Below, in pieces: positions 6,109-14,281 of a DNA stretch of 27,181 nucleotides. The stretch lies in the IMG/VR virus record IMGVR_UViG_3300009964_000029; one strand, given 5' to 3'. The translations under genes were made by a program, and so were the position numbers. Numbering within the stretch: the first letter of the stretch is position 1; the number at the start of each line of letters is the position of its first letter. The notes under the pieces are model-generated. The model was not told the DNA's origin, searched no databases, and was given only the letters and a program-made list of their open reading frames with translations. The stretch is from a virus.

Positions 6109-6508
6109 TTCTTTTAGTTTGAGCTTGAGAGATACTTACCCCTTACTACACAACTAACATAGTCATGTCTTAAGGGGCAAAGTCTAAACGAAGGAACAAT
6201 AAGCAAGAACAAAACGGTAATCTTCACCGTCATCTCCTAGCCGTCGCCGTCGATTAAACTTAGATAGTGTCATTCTCTGTTAACTATCACAGCGGTAAAC
6301 TTGTGAGGGCACTTCCCAACAAATATGACCTTTGTATCGGAGCGTGTCGGCCAGCCCGTTTATGCCACGCCCAGCCTCACAATCTGTTAACGTTTCACCC
6401 TCTAACGGTGTTCACCCCGGGTTAGGGGGGGCAAGAATTTTATACAGCCCATCAACTTGCACATCAGGCTGTGTCGTATTATATGAGTAATTGTATCAAG
6501 CAATTATT

Positions 6509-6521
6509 ATAATTCAATATA
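6509..6521. repeat. 13-bp direct repeat ATAATTCAATATA copy 1 (candidate operator)
   Basis: exact 13-mer also at 6634-6646; the two flank the divergent promoter region. Confidence 0.5.
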
Positions 6522-6594
6522 ATTCTAGGTATTAAATTATGTATTAGTTATAGTGTAGCACACCCCCGTGACGAAAACAAACGAGACACACGAT

Positions 6595-6623
6595 TTGCAT
6601 TGTAGACAGAGTCGTGCTATACT
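6595..6623 (+). promoter_or_regulatory. rightward promoter TTGCAT-17-TATACT with TGn
   Basis: ttgcat 6595-6600, 17-bp spacer, tatact 6618-6623, tgc at 6615-6617; faces late genes. Confidence 0.45.
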
Positions 6624-6633
6624 GAATACTGTC

Positions 6634-6646
6634 ATAATTCAATATA
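6634..6646. repeat. 13-bp direct repeat ATAATTCAATATA copy 2
   Basis: exact match to 6509-6521, just downstream of predicted rightward TSS. Confidence 0.5.
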
Positions 6647-6674
6647 GTACTATGCACCCCGCCTGGAAGCCAAC

Positions 6675-6691
6675 CCCCGGACGGGGTTTTT
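6675..6691 (+). terminator. weak hairpin CCCC-GGAC-GGGG plus TTTTT between rightward promoter and first late gene (possible attenuator)
   Basis: 4-bp GC stem then 5 T. Confidence 0.3.
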
Positions 6692-6719
6692 AATAACCCC
6701 ATTTATCGAGTAAACGTGA

Positions 6720-6732
6720 TATAATATATAAT
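6720..6732 (+). promoter_or_regulatory. TATAAT hexamers (6720-6725, 6727-6732) abutting ATG 6733; leaderless-mRNA configuration
   Basis: no SD before ATG 6733; -10 ends 7 nt before start codon. Confidence 0.35.
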
Positions 6733-6930
6733 ATGGAACAAGAAACATACCTCACAGTCAAACAATTCGCCCAACTCATAAACACCCCCAAATACAACAT
6801 CTATAACTGGATATACGCAGGCAAACTACCTTACATCACCCTCACGGGCACCCACGCCATCAGAATCCCACTCAACAAAGCAATAACCCACCACCCCGCC
6901 ACCAAGCCAACAGAACAGGAAACACGATGA
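6733..6930 (+). CDS. HTH_17 (excisionase/MerR-like) DNA-binding protein, 65 aa; possible DNA-recognition part of small terminase
   Basis: LTVKQFAQLINTPKYNIYNWIYAGKLPYITLTGTHAIRIP matches HTH_17 pattern; ATGA overlap with next gene. Confidence 0.55.
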   Translation: MEQETYLTVKQFAQLINTPKYNIYNWIYAGKLPYITLTGTHAIRIPLNKAITHHPATKPTEQETR

Positions 6931-7319
6931 CAGAAAACCCTAAACCCCACCGCGACCCCAAAGGCCGCTTCCTCAAAAACACGCCCCCACCCAACCCCAC
7001 CGGAACAGGCGGATTCACCGACCACCCAGAACACCGCAACAACGGCCGATGGGACCACCACGCCAGCTACACATACAACCTCAACCGCTACAAAAACATG
7101 ACCAACAGCGAACTCGCCCAAGAAATCCAAAACATCGACAACCTCACCCAAGCAGAACAAACAGCCCTCCGCCTCATCATCGCATCAAAAAAAGAAAACG
7201 AACTCGCCTTCCGCAAATACCAAGACATCGCCGACCGAACAGAAGGACGCGCCCCCCAAACCATCAACCAAAACATCACCCAAACAGAACCCCCCCAAAT
7301 CAACATCACCTTCAAATAA
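6927..7319 (+). CDS. putative terminase small subunit
   Basis: N-terminal DPKGRFLKN...NPTGTGG resembles GRF.KGN..G TerS motif; coiled-coil segment; sits directly upstream of TerL. Confidence 0.45.
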   Translation: MTENPKPHRDPKGRFLKNTPPPNPTGTGGFTDHPEHRNNGRWDHHASYTYNLNRYKNMTNSELAQEIQNIDNLTQAEQTALRLIIASKKENELAFRKYQDIADRTEGRAPQTINQNITQTEPPQINITFK

Positions 7320-7341
7320 CCAACCGTAGCAGACGAAAAAC

Positions 7342-8616
7342 ATGGACTATATAATCCCCCAAGAATACGCCCCCCTCTTCTACTACACCCACCAACCATA
7401 CCCCGACTACCGATACTACGACTTCAGCGGAGGACGCTCCAGCGGCAAAAGCACCACCGTAGCACTCGCCATAACTCTCCAAGCAACCCAACAAAAAACC
7501 CGCATACTCTGCTGCCGCGAATACCAAAACAGCATCAAAGACAGCGTCAAAGCCCTCATAGAACAAATCATCACCGACAACCAACTCCCCGGATACACCA
7601 TACTCAACGACACAATCACCCACCAAAACGGCAGCCAATTCATCTTCAAAGGCCTCCACGACAACACCGAAGCCACCATAAAAAGCCTACACAACATCAA
7701 CATCTGCTGGGTCGAAGAAGCCCAAACCATCAGCAAACAAAGCCTCGACATACTCCTCCCCACCATCAGAACCCCCCACAGCATCATCATCTACACCAGA
7801 AACCCCCTCACCCCAACCGACGAAATCACCCTCCGACACGTCACCAACCCCACCCCAGAAACCGCAAAACGCACCTACCACAAACACGTCACCTACCGAA
7901 TACTCGAACGAGCAGGAATCCTCCCCACAGAAATCAAACACCAAATCAAAGAAGCCAAAAACACACCCGACTACAACCACATCTGGGAAGGCCAACCCAC
8001 ACAAAACCTCACCAACCAACTCATCACCTGGACCGAACTCACCCAAACCGAACACAACCCCCAACAAACAGGCGGCACAACCCTCGGCATAGACGTAGCC
8101 CGATACGGAAACGACCGCACCGCCATCGCCACCATACAAGGCAACACCCTAACAACCATCACCACCTGGCAACACGCCAGCATCACACAATCAGCACAAC
8201 GCATAAAAACCATATGCGGCACCCTCCCCAACCTCACCAGCATCAAAATCGACGACACCGGCGTCGGAGGCGGACTCACCGACATACTCACCGACATGCA
8301 CCTACCAGTCCAACCCATCAACTTCGGCAGCAAACCCACCCAACCCAAAAAATACGACACCACCATCAGCGAAATGTGGTTCACCTTCAAACAAAAACTC
8401 CCCACCATACGCATAAACCCCGAACTCACAACTAAGAACGAACTCTACACAGAACTCACCAACCGAGAATGGACCATCGACAACCAAAACCGTAGAGCCA
8501 TACAAAAAAAACGAGACTACAAACAGCAACAGCAAACAGGCAGCCCAGACCTCGCCGACGCAGTACTACTCGCATATTACCAACCCAAACGATTACATTG
8601 GAACGTTAGCGTATAA
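7342..8616 (+). CDS. terL: terminase large subunit (PBSX/XtmB-like, headful type)
   Basis: Walker A YYDFSGGRSSGKST as in PBSX-family TerL; size and position; extreme T/P/N/Q/H-rich composition. Confidence 0.85.
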   Translation: MDYIIPQEYAPLFYYTHQPYPDYRYYDFSGGRSSGKSTTVALAITLQATQQKTRILCCREYQNSIKDSVKALIEQIITDNQLPGYTILNDTITHQNGSQFIFKGLHDNTEATIKSLHNINICWVEEAQTISKQSLDILLPTIRTPHSIIIYTRNPLTPTDEITLRHVTNPTPETAKRTYHKHVTYRILERAGILPTEIKHQIKEAKNTPDYNHIWEGQPTQNLTNQLITWTELTQTEHNPQQTGGTTLGIDVARYGNDRTAIATIQGNTLTTITTWQHASITQSAQRIKTICGTLPNLTSIKIDDTGVGGGLTDILTDMHLPVQPINFGSKPTQPKKYDTTISEMWFTFKQKLPTIRINPELTTKNELYTELTNREWTIDNQNRRAIQKKRDYKQQQQTGSPDLADAVLLAYYQPKRLHWNVSV

Positions 8617-8656
8617 TAAACAGTAACAACCATAACAGCAGAACAAGGAACCTTTT

Positions 8657-10816
8657 ATGAGCCGTTTCACTAACTGGATACGCAGAACATTCACCAACAC
8701 ACCACCAGTATCGAATCCGCTCACCACGAACTGGATGTACGGCAACCAGAACATAGGAACAGACAGCGACACATACGATAACCTGTTCCCATATATTAAC
8801 AGTATCAGCCAACGATTCGCCACAATACGCCCCTACGCTACCAGTGACGGCACAACCCCCCTCAACCCGCAGCCCGTAGCCATGCAAGCACTCTACCGGC
8901 CAAACAACATGATGAGCGGCCGAGAATTCCTCTACACCATCAGCAGTAGCATACTCACCCAAACGCACTTGGATATTCTCGTCTGGACATCAACCCCCTA
9001 CGGCGTGCAACCAGGCGGCCAGATAACATCTGACAATATTATTGGTTACACGATACTCCCCCCACAGTCACGTCAATATTCGAGTAACATGACGGACTGG
9101 ACCTACCAAGTCACCATGGCTGATAACACTACACACACATTCACCCGTAGTGAGGTTCTCAGCCTCACCTATAGCCACCATCCAGCAGACCTGACCGTTG
9201 GTATCAGTCCAGCAATGACCGTCAGCAAGTGGGCCACCGTAGACGACATGATAGCCGACTACCAGCGAGGATTCTTCAGTAACGGTGCAATACCCGCCGG
9301 AATGATGAGCATCACCGCTGAAAACAGTGACGACTACACTCACACTAAAGACCGGTTGGAACACGCCTTCCAAGGAGCAGCAAACACCAACAGTATTGTC
9401 TACAATATGCGCCCCATCGACCCTGCAACCGGCACCCCCAGCACACAAGAAAAACTCACCTGGACACCATTCCAACAACCCAACAACACCCTCGACATTA
9501 ATACAATAAACAGTATCGTCTCCACCAAACTCGCTGGAGCAATAAACGTACCAGACATTATCCGAGGCATAGACCACGGACAAACCTACAGCAACGCACA
9601 AACCGCAGAACGAGCATTCACCGAAAACACACTCGACCCACTGTGCGCTCTCGTGTGGGATAAATTCCAATTCGAACTCGACCGTATAACAGGAGGCCTC
9701 GACTACGCTATAACCTACCAACTCGAACTACCTGTACAGTCAGATATCGAACACGTGCAAGCGGAAACACAGCAGATACAAACACAAACGTTTATCAGCC
9801 TGGTACAAGCCGGCGCAACACCTGAACAGGCTGCAAGCGCTCTTAACCTTCCTGACACGTATCGGGACATCACTCTCACCCCAAACCCTGAACCGGAACC
9901 AGAACCAGAACCGGAACCAAACCCAGTCACGGAACCACCGGAACCCCCAACCCTGGAACCCTCACCGGTCTCAACACTGGTCTCAACCAGGAGCAGTAAA
10001 CAACCCAACCCCAAACCCGAAACAGCCAGCCAAAAACTCCACACAACCAGCAGGAAACTCCTCCACACCCTCACCCGAATAGCCCAACGCCACCCTAACG
10101 CTCTCACCAACAATGAGACTACAGAACTCGACAATGCCGCCAACACGTGGATAGCCAGCAGCATCAGCATACTCACAGCGATTATGCTCACCCACGCCGA
10201 AACTACGGGCAGGGATATCATCAAGCAAACCCTTAGCGCTGCCGAATCCAACCCAACCCTGAAACAAACCCTCACCAGTATGAGCGCAGACACAATCAAG
10301 GCTCTCTACACGTGGAACCAGCTACCAGACAACGTACTCACTATGTACCGGCAGCACTTGCAGCACGCTATCAAACAGTACGTGGATTACCATTACCAGC
10401 AGATACAGGATATTCTCGCTCAGGCAGCCATCGAACAGTGGCCCGCTCCACAACTGTCGGACGCGCTCAACCAGTACTGCGACGGGCAGGCAAGCCAAAT
10501 GATAGCCGAAAACGAAACAACCCACAGTCAACGGTTAGCAGGATTGTACGCCGCAGAAAACATCACCCGGCATGTGAACGGAATCACCATTAGCAAACAG
10601 TGGAAAACTACGAGCAAACACCCGTGCCCCTTCTGCGAGCATATGGACGGAACTACCATACCCATCACAAGCAGTTTTATGCAGGAAGGAGACAGCATCA
10701 CCATTAACGACACGACCTATGGTAACGATTACGAAGACAAGATAGTAGCGGACGGGCATCCAAACTGCCGGTGCGTGCTCCTCTACCACGTAGAAAGCGA
10801 AAGCGTGAACGTATGA
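8657..10816 (+). CDS. portal protein fused to C-terminal MuF/SPP1 gp7-like head morphogenesis domain
   Basis: 719 aa; PE-repeat linker TPNPEPEPEPEPEPNP; C-terminus CPFCEH...HPNCRCVLL typical of MuF/gp7 family. Confidence 0.7.
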   Translation: MSRFTNWIRRTFTNTPPVSNPLTTNWMYGNQNIGTDSDTYDNLFPYINSISQRFATIRPYATSDGTTPLNPQPVAMQALYRPNNMMSGREFLYTISSSILTQTHLDILVWTSTPYGVQPGGQITSDNIIGYTILPPQSRQYSSNMTDWTYQVTMADNTTHTFTRSEVLSLTYSHHPADLTVGISPAMTVSKWATVDDMIADYQRGFFSNGAIPAGMMSITAENSDDYTHTKDRLEHAFQGAANTNSIVYNMRPIDPATGTPSTQEKLTWTPFQQPNNTLDINTINSIVSTKLAGAINVPDIIRGIDHGQTYSNAQTAERAFTENTLDPLCALVWDKFQFELDRITGGLDYAITYQLELPVQSDIEHVQAETQQIQTQTFISLVQAGATPEQAASALNLPDTYRDITLTPNPEPEPEPEPEPNPVTEPPEPPTLEPSPVSTLVSTRSSKQPNPKPETASQKLHTTSRKLLHTLTRIAQRHPNALTNNETTELDNAANTWIASSISILTAIMLTHAETTGRDIIKQTLSAAESNPTLKQTLTSMSADTIKALYTWNQLPDNVLTMYRQHLQHAIKQYVDYHYQQIQDILAQAAIEQWPAPQLSDALNQYCDGQASQMIAENETTHSQRLAGLYAAENITRHVNGITISKQWKTTSKHPCPFCEHMDGTTIPITSSFMQEGDSITINDTTYGNDYEDKIVADGHPNCRCVLLYHVESESVNV
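9888..9926 (+). repeat. hexanucleotide (gaaccr) repeat encoding (PE)n linker in portal
   Basis: cctgaaccggaaccagaaccagaaccggaaccaaaccca. Confidence 0.7.
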
Positions 10817-11001
10817 TAATCCGCTGCTCTAAGTGTGGCCGGTTCCTTGGTGAAAACCACCAGCCCACCATCATTATGCTTAAATGTCCTAACTGCCACT
10901 CATACAGCGAATACAAACTCAAACCCCTCACCACTCATGGTATACTAGAGTTTAAGCCCACCATGAGCGTTGTAAACGCGGGCCACGCAGAAACACACTA
11001 A
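10813..11001 (+). CDS. Com-like Cys4 zinc-ribbon protein (62 aa)
   Basis: ATG 10813 overlaps portal stop (ATGA); MIIRCSKCGRFLGENHQPTIIMLKCPNCHSY aligns with Mu Com IRCKHCNKLL...IEIRCPRCKRHI (C-x2-C-x17-C-x2-C). Confidence 0.5.
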   Translation: MIIRCSKCGRFLGENHQPTIIMLKCPNCHSYSEYKLKPLTTHGILEFKPTMSVVNAGHAETH

Positions 11002-11011
11002 AGGAGAGAAC

Positions 11012-12844
11012 TTGTCCTACCGTAAACAGTTCACCGCTCACACAACACCCAGTAGCGATGACGAGGGATACACCCTCCAATTCCTAGCGAACAGTGGAAC
11101 CGTTATGCAAGACAACGGATACACAGTAGACCTGGACACGCTACTCGTCCCCATACAGGACGGTGAAATGCGCCTCGTGAACCAGCTTGAAGACACAGAC
11201 ACGCTTAGTATCCCGCTTCTACTCGACCATGACATGAGCGTTAACAGTCAAGCTGGTGTCATACGCAGACTCTGGGTAGACGAGGACGGGCTGCACGCTG
11301 AAGCACGGTTAAGCCACGTACCCAGCGGCGAACTAGTCCGACAACTCGCCCTGGACGGGGCCCTCACCAGCAGTTTCAGTATCACTATCGACACACCAAC
11401 ATCTCCCGGTAACGACAAAATCATACACGACAGTCAACTCGTGGAAATCAGCGTCGTGTATCGTGGAGCAGACTATAAAACAGCTTTCACTAGTATTAAC
11501 AGTAAAGGAGACCATACAGTGGAAACAATTGAAAACAAGCTCAACAGCGATGAGAACAAAACCCTGACAGACGCTATCGAGCAGGCCACGCAGGCTATTC
11601 AGCAGGCTGTGGACAAGCTTACCGACGATACAGATAAGCCAGACGATAAGCCGGCCGATACAGATAAGCCAGACGATAAGCCGGCCGATACAAAGCCTGT
11701 ACCACCGGTACAGAACAGCCATCAGCCACAGTTCAACAAAGCTAACACTACCGTCACACAGGCATACACGGCCAGCAGCCGCACGTATCTCGACAGTAAA
11801 CAGGCCATGAACGACTACGCTAACCTCCTGTTCAACAGCCGAAACGATGACCCACAGGCCATACACGAGGAATGGGCCGCTTACGCTCGTAAGAAGCTCG
11901 GTATGCAGTCCTACGCTTCCACTGTTAGCGGCGCAGACTATCTCATACCAACAGGTGTTGTTACGAAGATAGAAGACGTGTTGAACACAGCCGGTTCGGG
12001 TATCTGGCAGGCTGTCAACCACACAGGCATGGACGCTCCTATCACTTTGACTGCTAACATGCTCGGCCTGGACAGTGACGATGGTCGTGCCCACGGGTAT
12101 CCAGTCAGCGAGTACGGGAACAGTAAGAAGCAGGAGAAAATCCAGCTTAAGAAACGCCAGTTTGTTACAGACTACGTATATAAGTATCTCCCCGTACCGA
12201 AGGGCGAACTGAGGCGTACCATGCAGAACCCACAGGTCCTGCTGAACTATATCCTCCAGGAGCTTCCGGCACGTCTTATTCAGACAATGGAACGCGCTAT
12301 CGTTATGAACACTGATTGGACTGACCTGACGATGTTTAAGTCAGTGTACGCAGATTCGCTTCAGACTGATGCGGCTGCTGGGGCGGAAACGATAGCAGGC
12401 CAGCGGTTTGCTGCACAGTACACACCAGCTAACAACGAGACACTGTTGGAATCGTTTATCGCTGCTAACGCTCTTGTTACAGCTGAAGGGGACAGGATAC
12501 TGGTCACCAGTCGTGAGAACGCTGCCAAGATGAAACTCGCTAAAGGTTCCGACGGACAGTTCCAGGCACCCCTGGGCGCTGACTATGCGGGCCTTATCGG
12601 CGTGTCTAAGATTGTCACCCCGGAATGGTGGAACGCGACTGACAGTAAGAACGCTCAGGGTGTTATCTTCGTCCCGTCCGCTTACAACGTGTACGGTGAT
12701 GATGGTATCCAGGCGTTCACGAACTTCAAACTGGAAACCAACGAGAATCAGTTCCTTCAGGAAATTTTCACTGGTGGCGGTTTGGCTAAGCTCAAGTCTG
12801 GTGTTGTTGTGAAACCGGCAGCAGCTGCTCCGGCTGGCCACTAA
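11012..12844 (+). CDS. prohead protease (S78-like) - scaffold/linker - HK97-fold major capsid protein fusion
   Basis: TTG start after AAAGGAGAG; N-terminus LLLDHD...GLHAEARL...DGALTSSFSITI...EISVVYRGADYKTAF resembles HK97 prohead protease; tandem DTDKPDDKPA linker; C-terminal MCP-like. Confidence 0.7.
   Translation: MSYRKQFTAHTTPSSDDEGYTLQFLANSGTVMQDNGYTVDLDTLLVPIQDGEMRLVNQLEDTDTLSIPLLLDHDMSVNSQAGVIRRLWVDEDGLHAEARLSHVPSGELVRQLALDGALTSSFSITIDTPTSPGNDKIIHDSQLVEISVVYRGADYKTAFTSINSKGDHTVETIENKLNSDENKTLTDAIEQATQAIQQAVDKLTDDTDKPDDKPADTDKPDDKPADTKPVPPVQNSHQPQFNKANTTVTQAYTASSRTYLDSKQAMNDYANLLFNSRNDDPQAIHEEWAAYARKKLGMQSYASTVSGADYLIPTGVVTKIEDVLNTAGSGIWQAVNHTGMDAPITLTANMLGLDSDDGRAHGYPVSEYGNSKKQEKIQLKKRQFVTDYVYKYLPVPKGELRRTMQNPQVLLNYILQELPARLIQTMERAIVMNTDWTDLTMFKSVYADSLQTDAAAGAETIAGQRFAAQYTPANNETLLESFIAANALVTAEGDRILVTSRENAAKMKLAKGSDGQFQAPLGADYAGLIGVSKIVTPEWWNATDSKNAQGVIFVPSAYNVYGDDGIQAFTNFKLETNENQFLQEIFTGGGLAKLKSGVVVKPAAAAPAGH
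11627..11686 (+). repeat. 30-bp tandem repeat x2 in capsid-fusion linker
   Basis: gatacagataagccagacgataagccggcc x2 (DTDKPDDKPA x2). Confidence 0.75.
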
Positions 12845-12861
12845 AACAGAATATTAACTGT

Positions 12862-12920
12862 GAGCGGGTATAGCCTTGCGTATCGAAAATACGGACGAGG
12901 GCTGCCCGCTCCTTTTTGTT
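12862..12920 (+). terminator. rho-independent terminator after capsid gene
   Basis: GAGCGGG...CCCGCTC outer stem with inner CGTAT-CGAAA-ATACG hairpin, followed by CTTTTTGTT. Confidence 0.6.
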
Positions 12921-12952
12921 AAACAGGAATAGTAGACAGAACGAGGAATGTA

Positions 12953-13579
12953 ATGTTTCTTCATAAAGCAGACCGGCCGCTCCTCACGGCGATACCAGAC
13001 AGTCTTCTCAACGATTTAGAACAGTTAGCCCTCAGCATGGTAAACAGTATGCTGTGTGAGAGCATACAGGAACAGCGGGAACGTGAGTATCATCTACCAG
13101 TTCAAGGGAATATTATCCTGTTTCCTGGTTGGGCTTCTGGAACGGTTACCGTACTCGTGGACGGGCAGCCAGTGTCTACGTCGCATGATGATACGGAATA
13201 CTATAAGCTGGTGTACTGTCAGCAGCCTGACGGCACAGTGGCCACGGTACGAGGCATGTTCGGGTTCAAGTATCTTCCTGCTCCGCTGCTGCTTGTCGTG
13301 GAAAAACTGGTGCGTTTGGCGTACGATAACCTCGACGATGACATGGTTGGCGAGGTTTCCTCGAAAAAGATAGAGGACGTGCAGGTCAACTATCTTTCTA
13401 CCGTGCAGCCTATCCTGCAACGGGTTTTAAACGAGTACAGGAGCGTCCTATTGCGGTGGAGCGTTTGCGCAGACAGGTATGGGATTGGAACGTTGAGTAT
13501 GCCACACCATAAGTATTATCCACCGTATCAGGTGAACCCAGCTGACTGGGGAACGGGGGTGGTGTATGGCCGACGCTAA
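12953..13579 (+). CDS. head-tail connector / head completion protein (gp6/gp15-like)
   Basis: position after capsid; N-terminal LLTAIPDSLLNDLEQLALSMVNSML pattern. Confidence 0.4.
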   Translation: MFLHKADRPLLTAIPDSLLNDLEQLALSMVNSMLCESIQEQREREYHLPVQGNIILFPGWASGTVTVLVDGQPVSTSHDDTEYYKLVYCQQPDGTVATVRGMFGFKYLPAPLLLVVEKLVRLAYDNLDDDMVGEVSSKKIEDVQVNYLSTVQPILQRVLNEYRSVLLRWSVCADRYGIGTLSMPHHKYYPPYQVNPADWGTGVVYGRR

Positions 13580-13946
13580 CCCGTTCCGACTATTCCCCCG
13601 CCAGGTTCGGACAGTGAGTTTGATAACCCTGCCTAAAGCAGTGACAGCGAAGGGCCGTGAGGAAACCGTGCTCACAGACAGTCTACGTGTTATTGTGAAA
13701 CATAAATACAATAGTAGTGTGAACGGGCTTGTAGAGACGGTTCCTGGTCTCCTGTCCATACATATTGACGTGAGCAGTTTGCCGGAACCCTACAAGTCGG
13801 ATTGTGTGAGGCTGGTGGATACGTGTATTAAAATCGGGGGCCGTAACTACCGGTGCAGAGACGTTTCACAGGGTGATGACATGGATAGGGGAGTAACACA
13901 GTTCATTACTGTCCAGGCAGTCCCGTGGGCGAGGATAACATTATGA
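13566..13946 (+). CDS. head-tail adaptor / head closure protein
   Basis: size, synteny. Confidence 0.35.
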   Translation: MADANPFRLFPRQVRTVSLITLPKAVTAKGREETVLTDSLRVIVKHKYNSSVNGLVETVPGLLSIHIDVSSLPEPYKSDCVRLVDTCIKIGGRNYRCRDVSQGDDMDRGVTQFITVQAVPWARITL

Positions 13947-14278
13947 ACACGCGAATAACATACAGTATGCATGTTTCCGGAGACTGGCAGACAGCAACCA
14001 GGGATAGTATGGCAGCCGGGCTAACCAGGGTGGCGATGGCTATCCGGAACCAGGCCGTCATCAACGCTCCTATCCGAACCGGCGCACTTAAAAACAGTGG
14101 GCGTGTCCAGTACGTAAACTGGCATGAACAGCACGTAATATTCGGTAGCAAGCGTGTTCCATATGCGGAGCTAAGGGAACGGGTAAACCATTTGCACCCA
14201 TCAACAACACACTATTTGGAGCGTGCCGGTAAAACAGTAGAAGCGAACGTTAACATGTATTTTCAGGGAAGGATATAA
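13943..14278 (+). CDS. HK97 gp10-like tail component
   Basis: ATG 13943 (GAGGA SD, ATGA overlap); AMAIRNQAVINAPIRTGALKNSGRVQ matches gp10-family motif. Confidence 0.55.
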   Translation: MNTRITYSMHVSGDWQTATRDSMAAGLTRVAMAIRNQAVINAPIRTGALKNSGRVQYVNWHEQHVIFGSKRVPYAELRERVNHLHPSTTHYLERAGKTVEANVNMYFQGRI

Positions 14279-14281
14279 TAA

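Noticed and set aside
6176-6240. 40-codon minus-strand ORF starting at ATG 6230
   Set aside because: AGGAG abuts the ATG with 0-1 nt spacing, which is non-functional as an SD, and the region is otherwise non-coding.
6831-8535. Many long ORFs antisense or out of frame to TerS/TerL (6831-7160, 7088-7399, 7312-7659, 7416-7790, 7687-8139, 7971-8429, 8302-8535 on minus; 7049-7354 and 8214-8435 on plus)
   Set aside because: Artefacts of the A+C-rich island: stop codons are depleted on both strands. Products are low-complexity (poly-G/V/W or P/H/R-rich) and overlap a TerL gene that has an intact Walker A.
9068-10299. Minus-strand ORFs 9068-9721 and 9715-10299 (217 and 194 aa) inside the portal gene
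   Set aside because: Antisense to a well-supported portal-MuF ORF; products are G/V/C-rich and low complexity.
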